IMG/VR virus record: IMGVR_UViG_3300008267_007212
Strand: one strand, 5' to 3'
From: a virus
DNA length: 64,000 nucleotides
A program made the position numbers and the translations under genes. Positions 19,047-31,800 of the stretch are shown here, in pieces; position 1 is the first letter of the stretch, and each line of letters begins with the position of its first letter. Below the pieces are notes generated by a model that worked only from the letters and a program-made list of their open reading frames with translations, made no database searches and had not been told where the DNA came from.

Positions 19047-19640
19047 TTACAAATTCGTACTTAAATTAGTTAAAGTTTGAATTCGAATAGTATAATCGAT
19101 TTGAATAAGTCTATTAAGTGCTTTTTGCACAGGGTGGAAAATTACGTGAGTCAGCAATTTTCCACTTTCGCTGATTAACCCTAGCTCATCAAATACATAA
19201 GTTCCAGACATTGTTGCACTGTTGTCAAATGCTTGTTGCCCAGCTGGTTCTGTGTAATCTAATAGACAACTTACAAAAATATCAGTATAGATCAAACCTG
19301 GAGTATGTCTTACTTCGATATAATTTCTAGCTGGATCTGTGTTTAATGCACTGGTATTATCAACTATTTTGCTGTAAGTTTGATTATACAAACTAGCATT
19401 CTGCCCAAAAGTGTTAGTAGGCAAGTACGTAATAACACCTGTGCTATCTACTGCGGTAGCGCCGTTTCCGAAAGCCATGCTTTGTATGTAACCAATACCT
19501 TTATTTGCAATACTTTGTGCCAACGCTTCACTCATATTTTCGTAATGAATAGCATTGGGTTTATCAATGATTATTTCTCCGGACGCAGGATCCCAAATTT
19601 TAATATGGCCTTGTATCATTGTATTTGTTTTATCTAGCAT
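19047..19640 (-). CDS. Conserved-looking virion/baseplate-associated protein
   Basis: 197 aa with GHIKIWDP, NAIHYEN, FDELGL and THVIFHPVQK motifs. Lies within the tail module. Confidence 0.65.
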   Translation of the reverse strand: MLDKTNTMIQGHIKIWDPASGEIIIDKPNAIHYENMSEALAQSIANKGIGYIQSMAFGNGATAVDSTGVITYLPTNTFGQNASLYNQTYSKIVDNTSALNTDPARNYIEVRHTPGLIYTDIFVSCLLDYTEPAGQQAFDNSATMSGTYVFDELGLISESGKLLTHVIFHPVQKALNRLIQIDYTIRIQTLTNLSTNL

Positions 19641-19650
19641 AAGTGATCCA

Positions 19651-19803
19651 TTAATTTCCAGTTTCTACTATTACTTCACCAGACTCTGGATCTGTAATTT
19701 TTACAAAACCACGTACATAAATTCCCGTAGACTCGTTTGGTTTTTCTGGAACAGGTTTTTCAAGTTTTTGTTCCAAATCAGTGTTTGTATGGTTATTTAT
19801 CAT
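19651..19803 (-). CDS. Unannotated 50-aa protein MINNHTNTDLEQKLEKPVPEKPNESTGIYVRGFVKITDPESGEVIVETGN
   Basis: Translated by hand. Fills the gap between genes, has AATAAATA upstream, and its C-terminus resembles the N-terminus of the next gene. Confidence 0.7.
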   Translation of the reverse strand: MINNHTNTDLEQKLEKPVPEKPNESTGIYVRGFVKITDPESGEVIVETGN

Positions 19804-19827
19804 GGTATTCTATGTGCTTGTTGTTAA

Positions 19828-19835
19828 TATTTATT
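19828..19835 (-). promoter_or_regulatory. Late promoter-like AATAAATA
   Basis: Matches the recurrent TAAATA motif upstream of structural genes. Confidence 0.55.
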
Positions 19836-19842
19836 TGTATCT

Positions 19843-22800
19843 TTACCCTTGCAATCCTTGTTTTAAGAAACTTACCTGTAAAGTATTAGCATTAAATAGT
19901 CCCTGTCCGTTGGAAGCTGTGGTATTTCCCAGGACTCCATTGGCATTTGCTTGGGCAGAATTACCTAAATTGTACCAAATATTAGTTTGGGCAAAAGCAA
20001 CATTGGATTCAAAAGTATAATACGTAGTAAACCGTTCATCTGTCAGATTCACCAAAGAATTATTACTAATATAAGCAGAAGTATTGCTAATTACGTTACT
20101 GATAGTTCCTACTATATTTCCGCCATTGTCGTATAAATCATTGCCAACATTCAATTCGGCCAAGAATATAGTACCATTTCCAGTAATAATATTGCTGCTG
20201 GTATTTGCTGTAATATTTCCTGTATATCGAACGGTAACATTAGATATATTTGCAGCTACAAAATACGGTGTATTATTCGCAGAAATATATGCCCATTCGA
20301 CGGGATTTCCTTCTGGTACATCTGGATTTCTCTTTGTAACTGCTAATATCGCAACTGTATCACTTACCACATTGTCGATAGTGCCTATCAATTGTTGGCG
20401 AGTAAAAGTAGAACTTGTACTAGAATTTCCTAGAGTCGACTCTACTGCATTTTCGTCCTTTACACCTGCAAATATTTGTGTTCCCGGAGTTAATGTGGTA
20501 AATGTGGTGCCCACACCTTCTAATGTGCTGCTGTAAACATTTACATTAATTGTTCCAGGACCTTGGGATCTGGCGTACCATACACTATCCCCCGAATTAG
20601 GTATAATTTGATTTTGACTTCCATCTAGTACTATGTTGCCAACAAAATGATTTTTAGCGCCAGTTCCGCCAGTTCCTCTACGAATTCTTCCTAATATATT
20701 AGTTGTGTTATCCTTAGAGTAATAGGTAATTCTTTCACCATTAATATACACAACTCCAGGTTGGCCCCCGTTAGAAGACGGAGTAGCTAATTTACTGGCA
20801 TCTACTACTTGAATTGTAGTGTCTGTCAAACTTAAATTTGCAGCCAATGTAGTGGTACTTGCGCCATCCTCTCTAAGATATGTAAAGTTATCATTCATAT
20901 CTTTAAAGATTCTATAAGACATCATTGGCCAAGCATTTCCGCTGGGAGAAATGCTTAGTTTCATTATGGCCGTAGCAATAATTGGCGACGTGTTTGCGCC
21001 AGTGATAACCACCTGTGGCGTAGTATCATACCCCCCACCATTATTGACAACTTGGAATGATGTTGCAGATCCGTTTGAATTTAATATTACTTGTGCTTGC
21101 CCTTGTGTAAAATATCCGCCGCCTACTATAGTTACACCAATGTCAGCAGGAGAATATCCACTGCCTGGGTCAATAATTTGTATATAATCAAGTTGAATTC
21201 CGCTACCTGTTGACCAGTTAGTATAATAGCTAACAGTGGGATCTGTTGCTATGGTACTAATCGTCATATCCAGTGTGTCATATACTCTTCCGGGCACCAT
21301 TTCTTCAGGAGCATGGCTTGCATATGGTCCTACATTATAAATGGTCAAGTTGGCTGTAGAAAATACATTTCCTGTTGTGGTCGGGGTAACCACATACCAT
21401 ACTTTATCGTTGTAAGAAATTAAATCGCCTTTGTCATAATATCTATTGGCTTTCCACTCAGTGAAGTAACTATAAACAAAAGGTCCCCCGTCAACAATGA
21501 TGTCTTCGGGTTTTGTTCCTAAAGTAATATCATTGAAAGTACTGGTTATTTTAGCATCTAAAATGGCATCACTTAAAATAGGAATTCCGTTTTCGTCAAA
21601 TTCCAATGGATCAAATAGAGTGGCGTCGAATCCGTCGGCAGCACTGATTCCCTCCAATGGGGGTTCAGGACCCGATCCGCCAAATCCTCCGTTGTCACTG
21701 AACGTTGGGCCTTGTACTTTTACCCCGGGATAGTCGATGCCCGATTGTAACAATGACAAATCTTTTCCAGGTTGTCCTAATTCAGGTTGATAATATGCTT
21801 GAATTCTGTCATTTGCATTATTAATATTATCAATAGGATAAACTGTTAAGTTGACAAGAACATTCGAATTGAATGTTGTGGGTGAAGTAAACGTTTGATT
21901 TACAATGTAAGCAACCCCGTTGTAATCAATGATAGTTCCTTGAGTAAACGTAGTATCTGGTTTCCAATCTACAATTGTAGTAGAATATGTATATCTATCA
22001 TAAACTAGAGTAGTTTTAATGTTTCTGACTAATCCGTTGACTAAATTAGCGCGAGCTATCGCGCCTGAACCATTGCCACCTGTTATAGTGATAACCGGGG
22101 TAGTAACATAATCACTTCCAGGATATAATAATACTATTTTTGTTAGAACTCCGTCAGTGATCAAAGCTCTTGCTACTGCATCATTGCCGTTTCTACTACC
22201 TGTAATAGTTATTATTGGGGGCAAGGTATAGCCAGAGCCGCCATCTATAATATCTATAGAAGCAATACTATAAGCATAATTAGATAACCAGTTGGCATAT
22301 TCAGGTTGCTGTAAAAATCTTGCATCTTGAATAAATTCGCCGCTAGGACTTCTTGTAGTTTTTAATACACTATCGTAAGTTGGTGGAACATCAAAATCAG
22401 ACACATAACTGTTATAATTGTCGTACCCTAGATAATCTACTACATATTCTCGGAGTGTAGTTTTATAAGGTTTAACTTCTTCTATGTATTGTTTATAGAA
22501 TTCTTGATTTTCTTTGATGTAGATTGCAGGTTGGTTTAGTCCTTGTATCTTTTGTAATACATTAATGAAGCTGGTCTTAAATAACCAATCTACATACTTT
22601 TGTTCATCTAGTATATAGTTAATGAATACAAAAAACAGATTTAAGAATTTAGAATCAAGTTGATCAATAAAAATATCATCTCTAAGAGTTTGTAGAATTT
22701 GTCTAGTTTCTATTCCAGGATTTTGATCAAATCTTATAGTATCAAAATTATCTGCATCAAACCCGAGACCGAATTCTTCTAGTGCGTAAAGATTTTTCTT

Positions 22801-25800
22801 AAGTTCAATGGTGCCATCTTGAATTCCGACAGTGATCACTGTATTAGGGAATACTTGAATCATGAACCATTTGCCTTGACCATTGTTGTTAATTTTAACC
22901 AGATCCTGCGATCGCAAAGTTAAATCATTCAATTGAGCACTAGTTTCGATAGTATATGTCGGTTTTACTGTTCTATCAAACCCCCGAGCATACCAATCTT
23001 TATATTGCCAGTATTCACTGGTTGCATAACTCTGTACTCTATTTAAATTCCATTCATTTTGTACTTGATAATAGGTATAGTCGTCAATATTAAATGTTGC
23101 ACCGGTTGTAATAGTTTGATTTACAGTATATGTGATGCTGTTATATCTGACGATTGTATTTGTTAAATACCGAGTATTTGGTTGCCACTCGTCGATCACT
23201 CCGTCTTTAATATAGATAGTCCATAAATTATCTACAGAACTGTCATTCTGTACTAATACCTTGTAGCCCATCGGAAGGATTGCGATATTTATGTAGCTTA
23301 ATTCTTCAAGATTAGTTACGACTAAATCATACGCACCAGAATTAGGCACAGGTTCAGGTTCGCCTTCACTTAGTCTGGTTAAATCATATCCTTGACTAAT
23401 AACATTTAAATCGAATATAGAATTAACATAAAGAACCATTTCTCGAATAGCTTCGTTTCTATCGATAAACATGCTTTGTCGAGGTCTGATATCAATTCCG
23501 TATCTATTTTGCACTGCAAGAGTTGGGTCTGGCACAGGATTACCAAATCTGTCAATTCCGCTGGCACTGTCTAATAGCTTATTGTATATGTTCTCTGGAA
23601 TGTCAGCCGATTTATTATTGGTATCTGACAGCAGTGCATATTCATTATGGATAATGTTACTGTTTAATAGTGTTGCATAATCTAAATGAAATATAATATC
23701 TCTACCCACTGCTTCGTTGACCATATTATAAAAAGCAATCGAATCGTCTCTTACTGCGGCAAAGTATTTCACTCCACTGTTCTTAGGAGATGCAATATAA
23801 CTTGCAACAGTTGTGGTAGGAATAGTTCTTCCAAATTGATTGGCAGAAACGGTTGTTTTATTTTTTACCCAGAAATAGTATTTTACTGTGGCAAAATTTG
23901 TAGCAGGATCTATGTAGGTTAATGTTACATATGCACCATTTCCACTGTATTTGGGTTCTCCGTCACCGCCGTTTGCAACATACTGACTAGGAGGATATAA
24001 ACTTTCTACCCATTCGTAGACGTCAATACTGCTGCTAGGGAATACTCGCCCCCAGTTTGTGGTTCTATATTTAATACTACCTTGCTCATAATCAATATAC
24101 CTGACAGTGCTTAAATCCCACCACAATTGTCCTACTTGTTGATCAGTCCAATAAAGATTATTATTAACGCTTACATCGTCGGCACTAGCATTATTATAGA
24201 TAGCAGGATCATAATCAATTTTATAAGTAAGTTCCTGTTCAGCCAGTCCAAGAATTTTACCTTTTGCTGGATCGATATAATCTAAGTTATATTGAACTGT
24301 TTGTGTTAATGCATTATAGGTATATGCTTTAATAATACCATTAATATCAACCTTAGGTTCTTGACTTCTGAGTACGTCCCATCCTAATAGATTTGTCGGA
24401 TTAGCAAACTTATAAACTCTTCCACCATTGAATGCTAATTGTTTATTATTCTTAGATCCAACAATTAATTCGTATTTGCTAATAGATATGGCACTACCAA
24501 ATCCATCATTTGTTTTTAATCCATCATTTGTAGTTGTAGGAGTTAGCTGTTGTATGAAAGTAAATATACCAGGAGTTTCTATGGTTGATAAGTTATTTGG
24601 CAAGTATGAATAAATCCAGACTGCGCCGCTATCGTCTACTGGTTCGCTGAAGATTGTCAATTCCCCGTCAAACGTTGTAGGATTTGGTGTATATATTTTA
24701 GAGTTATCAAAAACAGTAGATTGTAGTGTTGCTGCAATATCGCTGGCCACCACTAGTATATCACTGTTGTTGTTTATTTTAACAAGTTTTCCAAAGTAGT
24801 CGTATGATTTAGTTGAATTATTGTAGATAATATCCACTTCTGGAAAAATATCTAGTCCTAAATCTGTAATTGCTGTGCCTACGCCAGGTAACACATTTAA
24901 TTTATTAAATGTAACTTCTGAGTCACTAACCAATTTCAATTTATTATTTTCGATACTTGCAGTGACACCAGGAATCTTAGGACCAATGGGTTCACCGAGT
25001 GCATTTACATTATTGATAGCATTAACTACACTTGACAATGAGGTGTCAGTGAATTGTACGGCATAGTTATTAATTCTAATAGAATCTCCGCTATTTACAG
25101 TAGCGTTAGCTTTAGTTCCTACTATTTCACCGTATACTTTTCCTTGATTCAGGAATCGATATACGGCCCCGTTATATAAATTAACTTCGGACTGATAAGG
25201 AGCTCCTATATAAAGACTACAACTATTTGTGCATATATCCAAACTATAACCAAATTGTTGATCCGTGAATGGTTGTGCTGGCACTGTCGTTTGTATCGGA
25301 TGGAATACATTGGTTTCTATAGTTAATATTTTACTTTGCCCAGGTGGATTGTAAAATGTTATTAGATTTAGCGTACTATTACTGACATACCAATCTACTC
25401 CAACAAATTTTTCTATATTGTCGACGTACACTCTTGTGTATTGTGTGACTGTGGCTACTGCATTAAAAGTAACAGTAAGATTATCTTGTACAATAAAATT
25501 ATTAATCGATCTATTCCACAAATGCACTGCGCCGGAATCTGTATATGTTGTAATATTACCACCGATATTAGCAGTTACATCTTCCAATGGTGCACCAATC
25601 ATAATCTGTGATCCGTCAACTGTTGCACTCAAACTATAACCAAATTGACTACCCGCATTACCTGCTATTGTTCCTACTAAATTATATCCTGGTCTTTGTG
25701 AAATAACTATAGTTCCTGCAGGTGGAGGCAATGTGAATGAAATCGTTGAAGAGCTTAAAGTATAATCTCTATAAGGAACATATGTGGCCGAAGATCCCTG

Positions 25801-28800
25801 AACATAAATGGTTTCTGCACTCACTGGGACATACGGTAGAGTAAATGAACTAACTGATCCGTTCGGAGTTAATGTTACCACTTCTTGTTCAGGCACGGTA
25901 TTATCGTACCCATATATGTAAACAATGTCATCATCTGGCGCGCCAATATATAACCAGTTATCATCTGCGCTAATAGCAATACTAGTTCCAAAACTTCCTA
26001 CGTTAGCACTAATCGGCGATAATATTTGTGTGTCAGATAATGTTCCGACATTTTCTCTATTATATACAAAAACATAACCAATACCGTTACTACTCTCCGG
26101 AGCTCCAGTTATTACTTTGGTGTTTCCGCTTTCGATAACAGAACCCATCTTAACTGTGGCATTTGCACTAGAAGTAAGAGTCACATCCTCTACTAATACT
26201 CCATTAAAATTAATAACGTAGTTAGTAATAGCACCAACATTGCCATTATATCCGGGTTGTCCAATCACTGCAAAATTATCATCAGTTGCAAGATTTACCG
26301 CGGCACCAAATTGGAAATTATTTTCCAAAGTTCCTTTTTGTAATGCTGTGGTCAATCTCCACGGATCTGTCTTGTTGTAAACGGCCCAGTCTCCTGCAGA
26401 GTTATAGGAATTTACCCATACTTTATTGTTAACACTCCATCCAAGTCTAGGAGTCAAATTTGTGATCCCAAGAGGACTATCAACTTTCATGCTGATCAAT
26501 TTATATAATTGACCAGTCTGATTAAACGTACTAAATCCACGAAGATCTCCGGTAAATTCAACTATAAAACTAGTTAATCCGGTAACATTTTGTACTTTAT
26601 AAAATCCAGTAAATTTGTCTACTCCGGTTAATAAAATAGTATCATTTTTTACCAACCCGTGAGATTTATTTGTGTTTATTTTAACCTTTGTATTCAGGTC
26701 ATTACTTAAACTTATAACACTGCACTCAGAGTCTGACACTCTGTATACGTTCCAATTTTGTTGATAATCTTTTGCTATCCAAATTGTTGATCCGGCAGTT
26801 ATATTAGATATGTCTGCATTTAATGTAGAAACGTTGGTTAAATCAAATAACGTAAAGTCAATATCATCAATGCTAACATAACCCGCAGTTCGAATATCAT
26901 CGCTATAATCGCTGTCAACGGTTCTGTTTATTAAAAAAGGCGATGACCACGGAACTGAACTGGTTTTATACAATCCCTGATTGTCAGTGTACAGAGAACT
27001 AAACAACACAGAATTATTAGATCGAACTTCTAAGCTAGTTGGGTTACTCAATAAATATTTTTCCTCAAGCACCAGTTCTAAAAATTGGTTAGTTCCAGTG
27101 CTACCATAAGAACCAACTCTAAACGCCCAGTCTTCACTGACTGTTACATCGCTGGGACGTCCGCTAAAGCTAACTTTACCCAACGCATTAATTGCATTTA
27201 ATGTTCCTTTTTCTTTAATGAACCCTTGATAAAATTTAACTTGACTGGTATCATCTAGTCCCAAATCATTTAAATAACTTCTATCTCTGTAACCAATTAA
27301 TCCCAATGCGTATCGATCAAATTCGCTTTCTAAGTTAACTTTATCAACATTATAAAATGTCTCGCCTATTCCTGCGTTACGTGCAAAATTATTCAAAAGA
27401 CCTGTTTTAATTTTATTTCTATCGACTGGCAACCAATCACTGAATTTGAATTCAGTTGTGCCCGGTAAATTTTTACTGGCTGTGTAATAAAAGCTCTTAT
27501 ACTCGACCAAGTCTCCTTGTAAATAATCTTTATTCGGTCTCCAAGCAGCAACACCTGGTTGATTATAAACGAATCCCAGTGCAGATAATGTCCCGGTCCA
27601 CTCACCCGTCTTAGAACCTATAAGTTTTAACCGATATTGACGTTGCCCCATTATGGGATCGTAAATAATATCATTAAACTGTGTTCTATTATCAAAAATT
27701 AAAACATGTTCATATTGTACTAAATTAAGATCTACATATCCTATTAGGTCTGTGGTGCTAGTCAAAGATAAAACAAATGTATTGTTATCCCGGGCTACGG
27801 TATAGTTGTCTGTATTCAAAACTTTATAATTTTGATTTAATACTTTTGTGCCATAAAATGAATTATTGATTCCGTCAACTACGGCAGTAGTATTAAATAA
27901 TTTTAAATTATTAGAAGCAGGACTTAGAACAATAACACTGTTAATTGTCCACCCCTGTTGCGTCCAAAATAAAAATTCTTTAGTGCTTAATTGCCAATTT
28001 TTAATTTGAGCCAACGTTTCGTCATAGTAATCAAATTTAAATCCTTGTAATTGAAGGTATCGTTCATATCCACTGATAAAGTTTGCAACTTGTTGTAGTG
28101 TAGTTAATTCGGTGCCGTAAGGGATATTAATTTTAAAATTTGTAAACTCAGTGTAGTAATTTACAGTTCGCTTTTCTGACTTAACTAATTGATACTCTCC
28201 AGTCTGGGCAGGTGGCACAATTGTAAAATACGGTCTCTCATTGTCGTAGCCTGAGATAGTAAAACCATTTCCAGTTTTTTCTATTATTACTGCACTATAT
28301 CTAGAATTAAACACTGGAGTAGATTTATGTAGCGTTAGATTATAGTTGTCATCGGGGACAATAATAGTTTCGTTGGTGCTATTTGGACTATTTTGTTCAG
28401 CTAATATCTTTAAATAATTTTTGCCGCTGAACCCTGCCATTCTATAAGACAATTGAATAGAATAGTCCCTAACAAAATTTAACAATGGAGTTTTGTCTGT
28501 TGCTCCACGAGTTACTTGATAATCACTGATCCAGTTCAAATATCCTGAAGCTCTAGATATATCTCCTGACAAGTTTACATATCCATTGACATCAATGTCT
28601 TCTTGTGTAATTCTATTATTTGTGCCCGTTATTAAATATTGATCTAAATCGACATTATATCTATATTTGCTTGTTGTAATACCGTAAGCAAAATATTTTC
28701 CAGGATTAATTATTGCAGAGGTGTATTGCACTGCAAAAGGATACTCACTACTATTTCTCCAAGCAGTTTCAACTGGGCTGAACTGACCCATATTCCAATT

Positions 28801-31800
28801 ATCATTGAACTGTGTGGAATCATACTTATTGGTTAAAAGACCAATAGGCGGCAGTAATTGTCCGTTTTCATTTACTGGAATAAAGTTACTTAATCCAGGT
28901 CTTGCAAATTTAGTGTCAATGCCTACCCTGCTACCAGCTGCAATGTAACCAGCTTCTAAATCGTCCCATAAAATTTTATTACCAGAAGTATACGGAGCAG
29001 GACCATATGTAGATCTCCACCAGTCTGGTTCTTCACTGAATCCCAGCATTTCCCATGGTGCAGTATTAGGTCTCTGAGTATCATAAAAATACTGAAAACA
29101 TGCACGCCATGAACCAGGCAGTGCTTGACCATTGACTACATCTAATGCAGTGCTATAATTATAACTAAAAGCTGCATCATTTTGATATGTAGTATTCTCT
29201 ACATAATTCAAATTATTAACGCTAGCCCATTGCAAATAAAAACGAGATAATAAATTATTATACTGAGATATAGTATAGCCAGAGTCTCTGAATTTACCAG
29301 GAATCGAATCGTAAGGGGACACTAGTTTATCACTGTATTGAACTTTAATGTTATTGTAAATTCGTTTTTCTAATTCTAAAACAATATTATCTCTGAAATC
29401 GCCAAAACTAGGTGTTAAGCTGCCGTCGTGCCCCCTTATCATAACTTGGGGATTTGTATATGTTATGTCAGTATAAATTGCTGGTGTAAATTTTGGATAT
29501 AATCCTAATTTCGAAGGCGTTTCGGGAACCCAATTACCATCCGTGTCTTGATACTCAACAATTGTAAGAATGTTGCCAACTGCTAATGTTATATTGTTTT
29601 TTATACTGACCCCAGGGCCTGTTACTAAAAATTCATAATCACGTCCGTATAATAATTGACTACCGTTCAAATAAATTAAAATAGACCGATTACTTAATGT
29701 TTCATTTGAAAAAATGGTTGTAAGTTCATAATTACGTTGTTGCGGATTAAAGATATTGTAAGTTATTACATTTTTGTTATCTCCATATGGCACCATATCA
29801 CTGTAGTACCACGGAAAAGTCTTATCCTTAACTGAATTTATTTGTTTAATAATATAGTCCACTGCGCCAACAGGATCACTTGGATTGATCTGACTGCTGT
29901 TGCTTGCAATGTTTATAAACTTATTTTTAAATCTTATATATTCTTGCTGAGCATTAATTAATCCAGATGCAAAATTATATTTTTCGTCGCTCAAGAACAT
30001 AGAAGCAAAGCTAACAGGTGCGCTCTGCTGTAACATAGTACCAGACTGATTTTCGATATATAAATCTCTTAGATTGCTTACTCCTGGATAATTTCCAATA
30101 AAATATAAACTATTTTTACTCAATGAACCTATATGATTTCGTAATTCTCCTAACGTTGGAGTCCCTAAAATTCTATTTTGTGCATTTAAATTTAAATTAT
30201 CAGGGATCTGATAAAATCCAAGACTGCTGATATTTTTACTATAAACAAGAATATCTACTCTGTCATTGATTTGTAATTTAGCTTTCTTTATTACAATTAA
30301 AATTCCGTCTGGCACATTATACGCAAAATAATCATTGATTGATATTTCTTTAAAATTAACGTATATTAATATATTAGGTTTAACTGTTGCTACTTCTGGA
30401 ATAATATCAATTTTGAATGAATTGTCTACCCCATCATAGGTAAACGGTATATCTTGCATTTGCCTGGTAGTAGTATTAACATTGGTCCATACATTAAGTT
30501 TTGTAATACTACCATCTGTATTATTTTTATATAGTAATCCTGAATCTATTTTTTTAGTATAAACAACTTTGTCTATACCATAACTAAATGATTCAACATC
30601 AAAATTATTGTCAAACTGTATATCACCTATATTATTAAAATTTTTATAACTTAAAGGAAAACCTAAGATAGGATCAGCTGTTCCAGTGCCTGTCTTATAG
30701 CTAAAAATTTTAGTACCATTAAATTGTGTAGCAGAATTGATTACTGGATATTTTACACTATCAGAAAAACTAACGCCTTCATTGTCGAAAACATCAAATA
30801 AGGGAGGCTGATTTATACCAGTCTTACTTTGTCCTTCGATCCAAATTTTATCCAAAAAGTAAAAACTTTTACCGTTGTTAACCACTCCATTAAAAACACT
30901 AACAGTATTAAAATCTGATATGTCGTCAACAGGTATTAAATGTATTACTTCATTGGCCAACGGATCTCCCGACACATTTTCAAATGTTACTTGCCAGATT
31001 TTATCTCTAACTCCAGCATCGTTGTCAGCAGAAAAAATTACACGCATTCCTTGAACCAAACTGATACCGTCAACGAAAATAGAAGTTTTACCTTCAACTG
31101 ACAAAAATGCATTTGTGTATACTGTGTCAAATATATCAACAGGTGACTTGGCTGTTTTTCCAAAATTAATTAATTGCAAGTCTGCATCAAATTCTATAAT
31201 AGGGCGTTTTGCTCGTTGATTTGAGTCGAAAACTTGCGGAGTATTGTTATATAAACTGGTTAATTCAATTATATCTTTATGAAACCAACGATTTCTTCGA
31301 GTCCATGGATTAAGGTCTCTACTGGCTCTGCTAATAATAATGTAATCAGGATCAGACAAACTAGTATTAGTGTCTATATTTGTACTTCCGTAATACGCTC
31401 TTCCGATTATGTAAGGATAAATCGGAGTTCCATCACTGGCTTGTGTTGTAAAATATGCATATGTGCCATTGGGAAATTCTGGTGTTACACAAAAACGTCC
31501 ATTGTATTGATCTAGCGTACCGCTGTCTTGTACATAAGAGTAGTCTTCGATAAATGCTCCTGCCAGAAATTCGAATGTAATAGTTACCCCAGCTGATAGT
31601 GTAACACTGCTACTAAGTTGTATCTGACTTGCAGTACCTAAAAATGGTGGCAGTCCTACTGCTGTTTTTAATCCGTTATTAATTATCCACACACTGCCAG
31701 ATTCTAACCCGGCAGAATTAACCGTTATTCTCATACCAGGATTTAATCCATTGGTACTAGACACAGTAATTAAATTGCTATTAACAACATCAGCAGTAAC

